A stretch of 64,000 bases of DNA from Vulcanimicrobiota bacterium (GTDB lineage Bacteria > Vulcanimicrobiota > Vulcanimicrobiia > Vulcanimicrobiales > Vulcanimicrobiaceae), in NCBI GenBank assembly GCA_963777315.1, contig CAVZQC010000002.1, forward strand, positions 800,001 to 864,000, written 5' to 3'. Both the position numbers and the translations under genes were made by a program. The notes under the pieces are model-generated. The model saw only the letters and a program-made list of their open reading frames with translations. It was not told where the DNA came from and did not search any database. The first letter of the stretch is position 1. Each line of letters opens with the position of its first letter. Positions 30,566-42,776 of this stretch are shown here, piece by piece.

Positions 30566-32370
<1,805 letters not shown>

Positions 32371-32400
32371 TTATCCACAGAGCGGGTACTAGGTACCTTA

Positions 32401-33705
32401 ATGAGCGCCAAAGCGCGTCCCAGGATCGAAGGACCCGACGTCGCGACGGCATCCGGCACGCTTTGGAAACGGCTGCTCACCTTAGGACCCGGATTGATTA
32501 CGGGGGCGTCGGACGACGACCCCTCGGGCATATCGACGTATTCCGTAGCCGGTGCTTCCACCGGCTTTTCGATGCTCTGGCTTTCGCTGCTGACCACGCC
32601 GATGATGGCGGTCATTCAGGGCATGTGCGCGCGCGTCGGCCTGGTTACCGGGCTGGGGCTGGCGGCGAACATTCGCAAATCGATTCCGCTGTGGATGGCG
32701 TACGGAATCGGCGCCATGGTGGTCGCAGCCAATACGTTCAACGTCGGCGCGGATTTCGCCGGAATGTCGGCATCGGCCAACTTGGTCGTGCCGCAAGTGC
32801 CCGCGCTCGCCTGGGACGTCCTTTTCGGCGCCTTCCTGCTGGTGGGGCTCATCTATTTGTCCTACCGGCGAATCGCCTCGTTTCTGAAATATCTGACGCT
32901 CTCGCTGTTTGCGTACATCGTCACCGCGTTCATCGTGCATCCGGATTGGGTGCGCGTGCTGCAGCATCTGGTGATCCCGCAAGTCCACTTGAACCGCGGC
33001 TGGATTACGACGGCGATGGGCGTGCTGGGAACGACCATCACGCCGTATCTGTTTTTTTGGCAATCCGATTTGGAAGTCGAGGAGGAAAAAGCCCAGGGGC
33101 GTACGACCGTGGCCGAAAGGCGCGGGGCGACGGACAAGCAGATTGCCGACGCGCATTTCGACGTGAACATCGGCATGGTGCTCTCGAATTTGGTGATGTT
33201 CTTCATCATCACCACCACCGCGCTCACGCTGTACGCGCACGGCAAGACCAACATTCAAACCGCGCAAGACGCCGCCGAAGCGCTGCGGCCGCTGGCCGGC
33301 GATTTTGCCTATCTGCTCTTCACGCTGGGCATGGTGGGCACGGGTCTGCTCGCAATTCCCGCGCTGGCCGGTTCTTCGGCATACGTCGCCGCCGAGATGC
33401 TGGCGTTCCGGCGAGCGGGCTTGGACGAAACGCCCAATCGCGCACCGCGCTTTTACGCGGTGCTGGCAGCCGGTCTGGTGGTCGGTGTCGCCATGCTCTT
33501 TTTGCGCATCGATCCGATTCGCGCGCTGTACTGGTCGGCCGTACTCAACGGCGTGGTCTCCGTGCCGCTCATTTTCTTGGTCATTCGCATCGCCAACAAC
33601 GCCGGCGTGATGGGCAAATGGCGCAATTCGCTCACGGCGAACGCTTGGGCGTGGCTGTCGTTCGTTCTCATGGGTGTAGCCGCGATCGCACTCTTTGCGA
33701 TTTGA
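32401..33705 (+). CDS. NRAMP-like divalent metal transporter
   Basis: LGPGLITGASDDDPSGI, GTTITPYLFFWQ, multiple TMs. Confidence 0.9.
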   Translation: MSAKARPRIEGPDVATASGTLWKRLLTLGPGLITGASDDDPSGISTYSVAGASTGFSMLWLSLLTTPMMAVIQGMCARVGLVTGLGLAANIRKSIPLWMAYGIGAMVVAANTFNVGADFAGMSASANLVVPQVPALAWDVLFGAFLLVGLIYLSYRRIASFLKYLTLSLFAYIVTAFIVHPDWVRVLQHLVIPQVHLNRGWITTAMGVLGTTITPYLFFWQSDLEVEEEKAQGRTTVAERRGATDKQIADAHFDVNIGMVLSNLVMFFIITTTALTLYAHGKTNIQTAQDAAEALRPLAGDFAYLLFTLGMVGTGLLAIPALAGSSAYVAAEMLAFRRAGLDETPNRAPRFYAVLAAGLVVGVAMLFLRIDPIRALYWSAVLNGVVSVPLIFLVIRIANNAGVMGKWRNSLTANAWAWLSFVLMGVAAIALFAI

Positions 33706-33718
33706 GCGATCCGCTACG

Positions 33719-34198
33719 GTGAAACCGTGTGCGGTGATCTTCGATCGCGACGGAACGCTGGTGTTCGACGTTCCGTACAACGGCGATCCCGATGCCGTGC
33801 GGCCGGTTCCCGGCGTTTTAGCGGGGCTCGACCGCCTGCGCGCAGCGCGCCTGCCGCTCGGCGTAGTGTCCAATCAAAGCGGCGTCGCCCGCGGGATGAT
33901 CACGTGCGCGCAAGTCGACGCGGTCAACCGGCGCATCGACCTGATACTGGGACCGTTCGACGTTTGGCTGTACTGTCCGCACGGCCAGAATGACGGCTGC
34001 GAGTGCCGCAAGCCGCAGCCGAAGCTGATCCTCGATGCGGCGCGCGCCATGAACGTCGAGCCGGCATGCTGCGTGGTGATTGGAGACAAGGCCGGCGACG
34101 TCGAGGCGGCCCGCAACGCCGGCGCGCAGGCGATCTTCATCGCCGATCCGCACGGAGTTGCCCAAGCCATCGATAGCGTTTTAGGGATGCGTCGCTAA
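33719..34198 (+). CDS. HAD IIIA phosphatase (GmhB/HisB-like)
   Basis: FDRDGTL, SNQSG, CPH....C.CRKP, IGDK..D. Confidence 0.88.
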   Translation: MKPCAVIFDRDGTLVFDVPYNGDPDAVRPVPGVLAGLDRLRAARLPLGVVSNQSGVARGMITCAQVDAVNRRIDLILGPFDVWLYCPHGQNDGCECRKPQPKLILDAARAMNVEPACCVVIGDKAGDVEAARNAGAQAIFIADPHGVAQAIDSVLGMRR

Positions 34199-34854
34199 CG
34201 CTGCGTGCCTGCCCAGTATTTGACGTCTGCGGCTGCGCCGCCCGCGGCGAGCGCTCGCGCCCGTTCACTGTTTTTCGGTTTGGGAATGCGCACGACGGAG
34301 CTGATGCGCTGCCATGCCGCCATGACCTTGACGACGTACCGCTGCGTTTCTGCAAACGGCGGAATGCCGCCGTAGCGCGCGACCGCTTTCGGCCCGGCGT
34401 TATACGCGGCGAACGCGAGCGCATAGCGCTGGGGTTTGTTGCGGTATGCGTTCAGCAAGCCGTGCAAGTAGCGGGCCGCTCCTTGCAGGTTCTGGTACGG
34501 ATCGTGAGGGTCGACGCGCAGCTGGCGCGCGGTGCGCGGCATCAGCTGTCCCAAACCAAGCGCTCCCACTCTGGAAACGGCATGCGTGTGCCACGACGAC
34601 TCGACGGTGACGATCGCAACGAGCACGTTGGCATCGAGCTTCCAGCGATTCGCGTTGAGCAGCATGTGATGGGCCAAGTCGCGGCTTTGCCAGGCCGGCA
34701 TGCGCGGATTGATCTTGTGCAGCACGCCCGCGTAGGCGCGAACCGCGAGCGGATTGTTCGCCTGCACGTTTTGCGCTGCAGCCGCAGCCGGCGGAGCAAA
34801 CGAACAAACCGCGATTCCAAGGCCCGCGAGCAGCGAGGCGATGAAGCGTCGCAT
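34195..34854 (-). CDS. Secreted lytic transglycosylase (SLT domain)
   Basis: Signal peptide, VESSW...AVS.VGA.GLGQLMP.TA, AAYNAG, ETQRYV.KV. Confidence 0.92.
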   Translation of the reverse strand: MRRFIASLLAGLGIAVCSFAPPAAAAAQNVQANNPLAVRAYAGVLHKINPRMPAWQSRDLAHHMLLNANRWKLDANVLVAIVTVESSWHTHAVSRVGALGLGQLMPRTARQLRVDPHDPYQNLQGAARYLHGLLNAYRNKPQRYALAFAAYNAGPKAVARYGGIPPFAETQRYVVKVMAAWQRISSVVRIPKPKNSERARALAAGGAAADVKYWAGTQR

Positions 34855-34890
34855 CGCGCAGGGGATACGCCCCGAGGCTGAAGGTCCCTT

Positions 34891-35088
34891 GTGGACAATC
34901 CTCCAAGCTCGCCGCGGATGAGCCGGTATTCGAGCATTTCGCCGCATTCCAGGCGCGTTTTGAGCGTCGGCGCCATTGTATTTTTTGTGATCATGTGCGC
35001 GGCAATCGGCTTTTCGGAATGGTGGGCGTATGCCAAAAATGTGCCCGCATACTTGCACGCGCAGACCAGGAAAGCACAACATCGATAG
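34891..35088 (+). CDS. Small single-TM hypothetical protein
   Basis: Fills the intergenic gap; one hydrophobic helix VLSVGAIVFFVIMCAAIGF. Confidence 0.45.
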   Translation: MDNPPSSPRMSRYSSISPHSRRVLSVGAIVFFVIMCAAIGFSEWWAYAKNVPAYLHAQTRKAQHR

Positions 35089-35118
35089 ACTCATTTGAAC
35101 TTCTCCGAAGGAGTGCGA

Positions 35119-38100
35119 ATGACGCGACGTTTTTCTTTCCTGCTTGCATGCATGGCGGCTGTTTTTTGTGCGTTGCCGGCGCGCGCGCAGCAAGTGCCCG
35201 CTGCAGCAGCTTCACCGGCCGCTTCCGCCAAACCGGGCGTTCCCAATCCCAAAGGATCGCCCACTCCGCCCAAACCGGCTAAGCCGGCTCCTACGCCCAC
35301 TTCCACGCCGACGCCGGGGCCGCCGTGGTCGAACATGCATTGGCGCGAAATCGGTCCGGCGCTGCCGGGCGGCCGCGTTGCCGCGGTCGGGGGTTCGCAA
35401 ACCGATCCCAACTTATATTATTTGGGATCCGCGGGCGGCGGCGTCTGGAAATCGGACGACGGCGGCGAGACGTGGCAAGCGGTCTTCGAAAAAGAAAAAG
35501 TTGCGGCCATCGGCGCGGTGACGATCGATCCGAACGACAATGACGTCGTCTGGGCGGGCACCGGGGAAGCCAATCCGCGCAACGACGTGAGCTACGGCGA
35601 CGGCGTCTACAAAACCACCGACGCCGGCAAAACGTGGAAGAACATGGGCCTGCAGGGCACGCGCCACATTTCGCGCATCCTGGTCGATCCGCGGGACAGC
35701 AATCACGTGATCGTCGGCGCGCTGGGCGACGTCTTCGGACCCAGCCAAGATCGCGGCGTGTACGTTACGAACGACGGCGGAAAAACCTGGAGCAAAACGC
35801 TGTTCGTGAGCGATCAGAGCGGCGCGTCGGACCTCGCAATGGATCCGCAGGACCCGAGCATCGTGTACGCGGGCATCTGGCACTTCAAGCGCGTGCCGTG
35901 GACGTTCGAAAGCGGCGGTCCGGATGACGGGCTGTACCGCTCGTCGGACGGCGGCAAAACGTGGACAAAACTGAGCGGTCACGGTTTACCCGGCGGTGTG
36001 ACCGGACGCATCGGGTTGGCGATTGCGCCCAGCGACGGCAAACGCGTTTATGCGCTCATCGAATCCAAAGAGGGCATCCTTTGGCGCTCGGACGACGGCG
36101 GAGCCAATTGGACGATGGTCAGCAACGATACGCTGGTCGATCAGCGCCCGTTTTACTTTTCGCACATCGCGGTCGATCCAAAAGATCCCAACAAAGTGTA
36201 CGCCGTTTCCGAGGCGCTGGCGCTTTCCACCGACGGCGGCAAGAAATTCAAGGAAATCGCCCCGCAGGTTCACGTCGACTATCACGCCATTTGGGTTGCG
36301 AACAACGATCCCAAACGCATCATCGTGGGCGAAGACGGAGGCTTCGCCCGCACGGTCGACGGCGGCGAGCATTGGTTTTTCGGCCGCAACGTGCCGATCG
36401 GTGAAGTCTACCACATCGGCTATTCCAACGAGAACCCATACTGGGTTTGCGGGGGATGGCAAGACAACAACGGCTGGTGCGGGCCGTCCAATTCGCTCGA
36501 TCCATCCGGTATTCTGAACAAGTACTGGGTGTCGGTCGCCGGCGGCGACGGAGAATGGGGGTGGCCCGATCCCGTCGATCCCAACTGGATATGGGCCGAT
36601 TCGCAAAACGGCGTGGTGACGGTGTATAACAAAGCGACCAAAGACACGATCTTTGCGATGCCCTACATCGCGCGTTCTCTGGCAAGCTACAACTTGTCGC
36701 TGGCAAAGTATCGGTTCAATTGGGATACGCCCATCGCATTCGCGCCGTGGAACGGCCACATCGCATGGCTGGGCGCGAACGCGGTGTTTCAAACGACCGA
36801 TCGCGGAATCCACTGGAAAGTGATCAGTCCCGATCTCACGCTCAACATCAAAGCGCACCAGCAGCCTTCAGGCGGCCCGCTCGTGCACGACGTTTCGGGG
36901 GCGGAGTATTCCGACACGATATTGGACATCGAAGGCTCGAGCCTGCGTAAGGGCGAGATTTGGGTGGGCACCGACGACGGGTTGGTGCAGCTCTCGCGCG
37001 ACGGCGGAAAGCATTGGAAGAACGTCACGCCGCCGGGCCTTCCGCCGTACGGCCGCGTCGAAACCGTGGCGCCGTCACCGCTGCGCGACGGCACGGCGTA
37101 CGTCAACGTCGATCGTCATCGCTCGGGCGACTTCAAGCCGTATCTGTTCGTCACGCACGATTTCGGCGGACATTGGAATTCGATCGTCAACAACTTGCCA
37201 AGGGATCAGTACGTACGTTCCGTCCGCCAAGATCGACGCAACGGGCGCATCGTCTATGCCGGAACCGAAGCCGGAATGTGGATTTCGTTCGACGGCGGCG
37301 GCAGGTGGCACGATTTTCGCAACAACCTGCCGACGGTCTCGGTCCGCGACATCCGCATCCAGCCGAAATGGGACGATCTGCTGATCGCCACGCACGGGCG
37401 CGCGCTGTATATCATGGACGACATCCGGCCGCTCGAGCAGCTCGGCGGCGGCGCTTCTCAGAGCGCCTTTGTGCTCGCGCCGCGCACGGCGTACGAGTAC
37501 AACCTGCACTCCGACGACGAAGGTACGTACACCGATTATACTGCGCCCAATCCCCCGTACGGCGCGATGGTGTACTTCTATCAGCAGCAGGCACAAAAGA
37601 CCGCACCCATGATTCAGATTCTCGACGCGCGCGGGCACGTCATACGAACGGTCAAAGGCACGCACAAGGTCGGCGGCAAGGACGTTCCGCGCGTGAACAA
37701 CAAGGCCGGCATCAACGAATACACGTGGGACTTCCAAATCGACGGCCCGGTCAAATGGTACGGCGCAGCGAAGGAGCGCTATCAGGGCCCCGATGAAGGC
37801 CCCGGCGTTCCGCCAGGGTCGTATGCCGTGCGGATGGCGGCCGGCGGGCGGACGTACACCAAATCGTTCGCGGTCAAGGCGGACCCGCGCACGAAGTTCA
37901 CGCAAGCACAGTTCGAGCAGACGTACGCATTCGGCAAGAAGTTTCTGCGCGAGTTCTCGATCGTCGACACGATGCTCAATTCGCTCGATGCGGTGAAGAA
38001 AGAGCTGGATTCGGCCAAGACGGACGCCAAGACCAAGTCCAACGCCGCGCTTCAAACGCAGATTACGCAGGCGCTCGCCGCGCGAGAGCGGATCTTCAGC

Positions 38101-38358
38101 GAGCTGACCGCGGACTACCACAACGACGAGGATTCGATTCAGCGCCCGGGTGCGCTGCGCGAAGACATGGAGGGTTTGGGATTCTTCGGGCAAGGCGTGC
38201 TCACGCCGGCAGTGATCGATTACGGCGCGCGCGTCGATGCCGCATACCGGACGGCGGTGCAGAACTACAACGCCTATGTACGCACGCTGGCGCCCGTCAG
38301 CGCGCAGCTGCACGCAGCCGGAATGAAGAGCCTGAGCGCAAGTCCCGTTTCGCCGTGA
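35119..38358 (+). CDS. Secreted VPS10/BNR (Asp-box) beta-propeller protein, copy 1
   Basis: Signal peptide, Pro-rich linker, WREIGP..PGGR, repeated S.DGG.TW Asp-boxes, RFNWDTPI, IATHGR, helical C-terminus; SD AAGGAG. Confidence 0.9.
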   Translation: MTRRFSFLLACMAAVFCALPARAQQVPAAAASPAASAKPGVPNPKGSPTPPKPAKPAPTPTSTPTPGPPWSNMHWREIGPALPGGRVAAVGGSQTDPNLYYLGSAGGGVWKSDDGGETWQAVFEKEKVAAIGAVTIDPNDNDVVWAGTGEANPRNDVSYGDGVYKTTDAGKTWKNMGLQGTRHISRILVDPRDSNHVIVGALGDVFGPSQDRGVYVTNDGGKTWSKTLFVSDQSGASDLAMDPQDPSIVYAGIWHFKRVPWTFESGGPDDGLYRSSDGGKTWTKLSGHGLPGGVTGRIGLAIAPSDGKRVYALIESKEGILWRSDDGGANWTMVSNDTLVDQRPFYFSHIAVDPKDPNKVYAVSEALALSTDGGKKFKEIAPQVHVDYHAIWVANNDPKRIIVGEDGGFARTVDGGEHWFFGRNVPIGEVYHIGYSNENPYWVCGGWQDNNGWCGPSNSLDPSGILNKYWVSVAGGDGEWGWPDPVDPNWIWADSQNGVVTVYNKATKDTIFAMPYIARSLASYNLSLAKYRFNWDTPIAFAPWNGHIAWLGANAVFQTTDRGIHWKVISPDLTLNIKAHQQPSGGPLVHDVSGAEYSDTILDIEGSSLRKGEIWVGTDDGLVQLSRDGGKHWKNVTPPGLPPYGRVETVAPSPLRDGTAYVNVDRHRSGDFKPYLFVTHDFGGHWNSIVNNLPRDQYVRSVRQDRRNGRIVYAGTEAGMWISFDGGGRWHDFRNNLPTVSVRDIRIQPKWDDLLIATHGRALYIMDDIRPLEQLGGGASQSAFVLAPRTAYEYNLHSDDEGTYTDYTAPNPPYGAMVYFYQQQAQKTAPMIQILDARGHVIRTVKGTHKVGGKDVPRVNNKAGINEYTWDFQIDGPVKWYGAAKERYQGPDEGPGVPPGSYAVRMAAGGRTYTKSFAVKADPRTKFTQAQFEQTYAFGKKFLREFSIVDTMLNSLDAVKKELDSAKTDAKTKSNAALQTQITQALAARERIFSELTADYHNDEDSIQRPGALREDMEGLGFFGQGVLTPAVIDYGARVDAAYRTAVQNYNAYVRTLAPVSAQLHAAGMKSLSASPVSP

Positions 38359-38380
38359 GTTCGGAAAGGATCGATACGCA

Positions 38381-41300
38381 ATGAAACGCGCGCTTACGGT
38401 ATCGCTCGTATCGGTGCTGGCGTGCTGTGCGCTGTGCGCGCATCCGCACGCCGCGCAAGGCGCGCCGTACGACGCCCTGAAATGGCGCTCGGTCGGACCG
38501 GCCGTCGCCGGCGGCCGTATCGCCGCGGTTGCGGGCACTGCAAGCGATCCGCAGTTGTATTACATCGGCGCGGCCGGCGGAGGCGTGTGGAAGTCCGCGA
38601 ACGGCGGCGCGACTTGGACGCCGGTATTCGAAAAAGAGCCGGTTTCGGCGGTCGGCGCGGTGACGATCGACCCCACCAACGACAACGTCGTGTGGGTCGG
38701 CACGGGTGAATCCAATCCGCGCAACGACGTGACTTACGGCGACGGCGTTTACAAGAGCACCGACGGCGGCAAAACCTGGCACAACATGGGGCTGCAGGCG
38801 ACCCGGCACATCTCGCGCATCCTGGTCGATCCCAAAAACGCCGATCACGTGATCGTCGGAGCGTTCGGGGATCCGTTTCGCGACAGCGCCGATCGCGGCG
38901 TGTACGTTTCGAATGACGGCGGCAGAACGTGGAGCAAAACGCTGTACGTCGGTCCGCAGAGCGGTGCGGCGGAACTCGCGATGGACCCGAACGACTCGTC
39001 GATCGTCTACGCGAGCATATGGCAGTTCCGGCGCGAGCCGTGGACCTTCCATAGCGGCGGTCCGGACGACGGCATTTGGCGTTCGAACGACGGAGGCAAA
39101 ACGTGGACGCGCTTGACTGGGCACGGCTTACCCGGCGGATACATGGGACGCAGCGCGGTTGCGATCGCTCCGAGCGATTCCAAACGCGTGTACGCGGTGA
39201 TTGAAGCCAAAGGCGGGATCCTGTGGCGCAGCGACGACGGCGGCAACAACTGGACGATGGTCAGCAGCGATACGCTGGTCGATCAGCGGCCGTTCTACTT
39301 CACGCACATCAACGTGGATCCCAAAGACGAAAATCACCTGTACGCCGTATCCGAAGAGCTGGCCGAGAGCAAGGACGGCGGCCATAAGTTTACAGCGATC
39401 GCATCGCAAGTGCACGTCGACTATCATGCGATGTGGATTGCGCCCAACGATCCCAATCGCATGATCACCGGCGAAGATGGGGGATACGCGCTCACCTTGG
39501 ACGGCGGCAAGAACTGGATGTTCTCACGCAACGTTCCAATCGGCGAAGTGTATCACGTCGGCGTTTCGGTACGCGAGAACCCATACTGGGTATGCGCACC
39601 GCTGCAGGACAACAATGCCTTCTGCGGACCGAGCAACTCGAAGAATCCCGAAGGCATCCTGGACGAGCACTGGCAGAACGTCGTGGGCGGGGACGGCATG
39701 TGGGCCGTGCCCGATCCGTCAAACCCCGAGCACGTGCTGACCGATCTGCAAACCGGACGCATCGCGGATTACGACAAGCGCACGCAGACCAGCCGTTTCG
39801 TGCAGCCGTACTTCGATTTCAACCGGTACGATTTCCAGCTGTTTGCGCGCAAGTACCGTTTCAACTGGGACTCGCCGATTGCGTTTGCTCCGTGGAATCC
39901 GCATGTGTTGTGGCTGGGCGGCAACGTCGTCTTTCAATCGACGGACCGCGGCGTGCATTGGAAAACCATCAGTCCCGATCTCACGCTCAACCTCAAAGCG
40001 CATCAGCAGCCGTCGGGCGGTCCCCTCGCGCTCGACGTGTCCAGCGCGGAGTTTTCGGACAATCTGCTCGACATCGAGGGCTCGCCGGCGCGTGCCGGCG
40101 TCATTTGGACCGGCGCGGACGACGGCGTGATTGCGGTGACTACCGACGGCGGCAAGCACTGGCAAAAACACACGATCGCCGGCGTTGCGCCATACGGCCG
40201 GATAGAAAACGTTTCGCCGTCACCGTTCGATGCGGCAACGGCGTACGCGAACGTCGACAGGCACCGTTCGGGCGATTACGCTCCCTATCTGTTCGTCACG
40301 CACGACTACGGCAAGACGTGGACGAAGATCGTCGACGGTCTGCCGCAAGATCAATGGGTACGCTCGGTGCGCGAGGACATGCGCACGCGCAACCTGCTCT
40401 TCGCCGGGACCGAAAACGGGATGTGGATCTCTTACGACGGCGGGGGGCACTGGTCGAACTTCAAACTCAATTTGCCCACGGTGTCCGTGCGCGACATTCG
40501 CGAACAGCCGCAGTTCAACGACTTGGCGATCGCGACCCACGGGCGCGCCTTGTGGATTCTGGACGATATCAGTTCCGTGCAGAACCTGGCCGCGGCACAG
40601 CGGGCGCGCGCTATGCTGTTCAGGCCGCGCACGGCGTACGCATACGACATGCACTCCAACGATGAAGGCATCTACACGCGGTTTGCCGGTCAAAATCCGC
40701 CGTACGGCGCGATCTTGGACTTTTACCAAGCCGCGCCGCAGCCCGGCGGTGCGTCCATCGAGATTCTCGATGCGCGCGGGCGAATCGTCCGGCACATCAA
40801 ACCCGCGCAAAAACCGAAATCGGGTCAACAGCCGGCGGATGAAACGCGCGGTCCGAGCGCGGGGGCCGGGGTACCGAACGCGGCCGGCATCAATCGCGTG
40901 GTTTGGAACCTGCGCGAAGACGGGCCGCCGCAATGGAACGGCACGGCGAAACAGTTCCGCGGACCGGAAGTGGGGGCACTGGTCGTGCCGGGCGTATATA
41001 CCGCGCGCATTCGGCTCAACGGACGCCAGTACGCGCAGCGCTTTGCCGTCAAGGCGGATCCCGCGAGTCCGTATACGCAAGCTCAGCTCGAGCAAGCCTA
41101 TGCGTTTTCCAAAAAGTATCTCGACGTGCAAGGGCAGATCGACACGATCCTCAACGAGATCGACGCCCAGCGTAAGACCCTTACGGCAGCGCGCGCGTCG
41201 CTGAGCAAGAGCGGCAATGCAGCGCTGCTCGCGCAGGTCGACGCGGTTCAGAAGTCGCAGGACGCCGTCTTCCATCGGTTTACCGCCGACTACAAAAACG

Positions 41301-41509
41301 ACGAAGACTCGATTCAATACCCCGGGCAATTGCGCGAGGACATCCCGCGCTCAGGCTTCGGCGGCGCGCAGCCGCCCACGCCCGCGCTGCTCGACTATGC
41401 AAAACGCTTCGATCGCGAATACGCAGCCGAGGTTGCGGTTTACCGCAGTTACGTCAAGAACCAATACGATCCGCTGGCGGCGCGGCTGAAGGCGGCGGGC
41501 ATACGCTAA
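38381..41509 (+). CDS. Secreted VPS10/BNR beta-propeller protein, copy 2 (paralogue)
   Basis: Same motifs, colinear with copy 1 (NPRNDV.YGDG, DTLVDQRPFYF, KAHQQPSGGP, NDEDSIQ.PG.LRED). Confidence 0.9.
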   Translation: MKRALTVSLVSVLACCALCAHPHAAQGAPYDALKWRSVGPAVAGGRIAAVAGTASDPQLYYIGAAGGGVWKSANGGATWTPVFEKEPVSAVGAVTIDPTNDNVVWVGTGESNPRNDVTYGDGVYKSTDGGKTWHNMGLQATRHISRILVDPKNADHVIVGAFGDPFRDSADRGVYVSNDGGRTWSKTLYVGPQSGAAELAMDPNDSSIVYASIWQFRREPWTFHSGGPDDGIWRSNDGGKTWTRLTGHGLPGGYMGRSAVAIAPSDSKRVYAVIEAKGGILWRSDDGGNNWTMVSSDTLVDQRPFYFTHINVDPKDENHLYAVSEELAESKDGGHKFTAIASQVHVDYHAMWIAPNDPNRMITGEDGGYALTLDGGKNWMFSRNVPIGEVYHVGVSVRENPYWVCAPLQDNNAFCGPSNSKNPEGILDEHWQNVVGGDGMWAVPDPSNPEHVLTDLQTGRIADYDKRTQTSRFVQPYFDFNRYDFQLFARKYRFNWDSPIAFAPWNPHVLWLGGNVVFQSTDRGVHWKTISPDLTLNLKAHQQPSGGPLALDVSSAEFSDNLLDIEGSPARAGVIWTGADDGVIAVTTDGGKHWQKHTIAGVAPYGRIENVSPSPFDAATAYANVDRHRSGDYAPYLFVTHDYGKTWTKIVDGLPQDQWVRSVREDMRTRNLLFAGTENGMWISYDGGGHWSNFKLNLPTVSVRDIREQPQFNDLAIATHGRALWILDDISSVQNLAAAQRARAMLFRPRTAYAYDMHSNDEGIYTRFAGQNPPYGAILDFYQAAPQPGGASIEILDARGRIVRHIKPAQKPKSGQQPADETRGPSAGAGVPNAAGINRVVWNLREDGPPQWNGTAKQFRGPEVGALVVPGVYTARIRLNGRQYAQRFAVKADPASPYTQAQLEQAYAFSKKYLDVQGQIDTILNEIDAQRKTLTAARASLSKSGNAALLAQVDAVQKSQDAVFHRFTADYKNDEDSIQYPGQLREDIPRSGFGGAQPPTPALLDYAKRFDREYAAEVAVYRSYVKNQYDPLAARLKAAGIR

Positions 41510-41519
41510 CGGCTTTGCC

Positions 41520-42773
41520 GTGACGCGGGCGCCAAGCCTGCGCAGCATCGTGCTGCGCATTTCGATCGGCGGCTGGTTCGAGCTGTACGATCTGTTCATG
41601 ACCGCGTACGTGTCGCTCGGGCTGATCCGCGACCATCTGTTCGTGGCGACTTCCGTTTCGCCGTTTGCTTTGCGCGGTTTTGCGAGCTTCGTGGGAGCAG
41701 GCTTTGCCGGCATGTTTCTGGGGACGCTGTTCTTCAGCTGGGTCTCGGACCGCCTGGGCCGCAAAGCCACGTTCACGTATTCGCTGCTCTGGTATTCCGG
41801 CGCGACTCTCGTCATGGCGTTTTGCCGCAGCCCGCAGGCGATCGATCTGTGGCGGTTCATCGCGGGACTGGGGATCGGCGTGCAGCTCATCACGATCGAT
41901 ACGTATATTTCCGAGCTGGTTCCCAAAGGGCAGCGAGGCTACTGGATCGCGTTCTCGCAGTTCATCGGCTACCTTGCGATTCCGGTCGCGGCGCTGACCG
42001 CGTACTTACTGGTTCCGCGCGAACTTGCCGGCGTTTCCGGATGGCGCTACGTGGCGATGATCGGCTCGCTGGGCGGGATTGCGGTATGGTTCGTCCGCCG
42101 CGGGCTTCCGGAGTCGACGCGCTGGAAAGATGCGCGCGCGCGCAGCGAACCGTCCGATCTAGCGCATGCGTGGACGTCGATTTGGAACCGCACGTACCGC
42201 ATGCGCACGGCCTCGCTCGTCGTGTTCAATTTGGCGCAGACGATCGGCTTTTACGGCTTTACGGCCTGGGTGCCGATTTTTTTGGCTTCGCGCGGCGTCG
42301 GATTCGCCAAGTCGCTGGAGTATTCGTTCATCATCGCGATCGTCAACCCGCTGGGGCCGCTCTTGGCGATGCGCATGTCGGATCGCTGGCAGCGCAAGTG
42401 GCAGATCGTCGGTCTGGCGGCGGCGATCGCGCTGGCGGGGATGGCGTTCGCCCGCGCGCGCATGCCCTTCTCCATCCTGGCATTGGGCATAATCGTGACG
42501 CTGGCCAACGCGTGGTTTTCGTGCGTATTCCACGCGTATCAGGCCGAACTGTACCCCACGCGCATCCGCGCGCAGGCGGTAGGATTCGTCTACTCGTGGA
42601 GCCGCTTTAGTTCGATCTTCGTCGGATTTTTGATCGCCGCCGTGCTGCGCGCGCACGGAACGGCGGGCGTATTCACGGTTATCGCCGTTGCCATGGCGGT
42701 GGTAATCGTTGCCATCGGCGGATTCGGAATCCGAACCAACAACGTGGCGCTCGAGGATCTCGCGCCGGTGTGA
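41520..42773 (+). CDS. MFS transporter (YdjE/aromatic acid-like)
   Basis: GGWFELYD, SDRLGRK, RFIAGLGIG, ELYPTRIRA. Confidence 0.9.
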   Translation: MTRAPSLRSIVLRISIGGWFELYDLFMTAYVSLGLIRDHLFVATSVSPFALRGFASFVGAGFAGMFLGTLFFSWVSDRLGRKATFTYSLLWYSGATLVMAFCRSPQAIDLWRFIAGLGIGVQLITIDTYISELVPKGQRGYWIAFSQFIGYLAIPVAALTAYLLVPRELAGVSGWRYVAMIGSLGGIAVWFVRRGLPESTRWKDARARSEPSDLAHAWTSIWNRTYRMRTASLVVFNLAQTIGFYGFTAWVPIFLASRGVGFAKSLEYSFIIAIVNPLGPLLAMRMSDRWQRKWQIVGLAAAIALAGMAFARARMPFSILALGIIVTLANAWFSCVFHAYQAELYPTRIRAQAVGFVYSWSRFSSIFVGFLIAAVLRAHGTAGVFTVIAVAMAVVIVAIGGFGIRTNNVALEDLAPV

Positions 42774-42776
42774 TGG

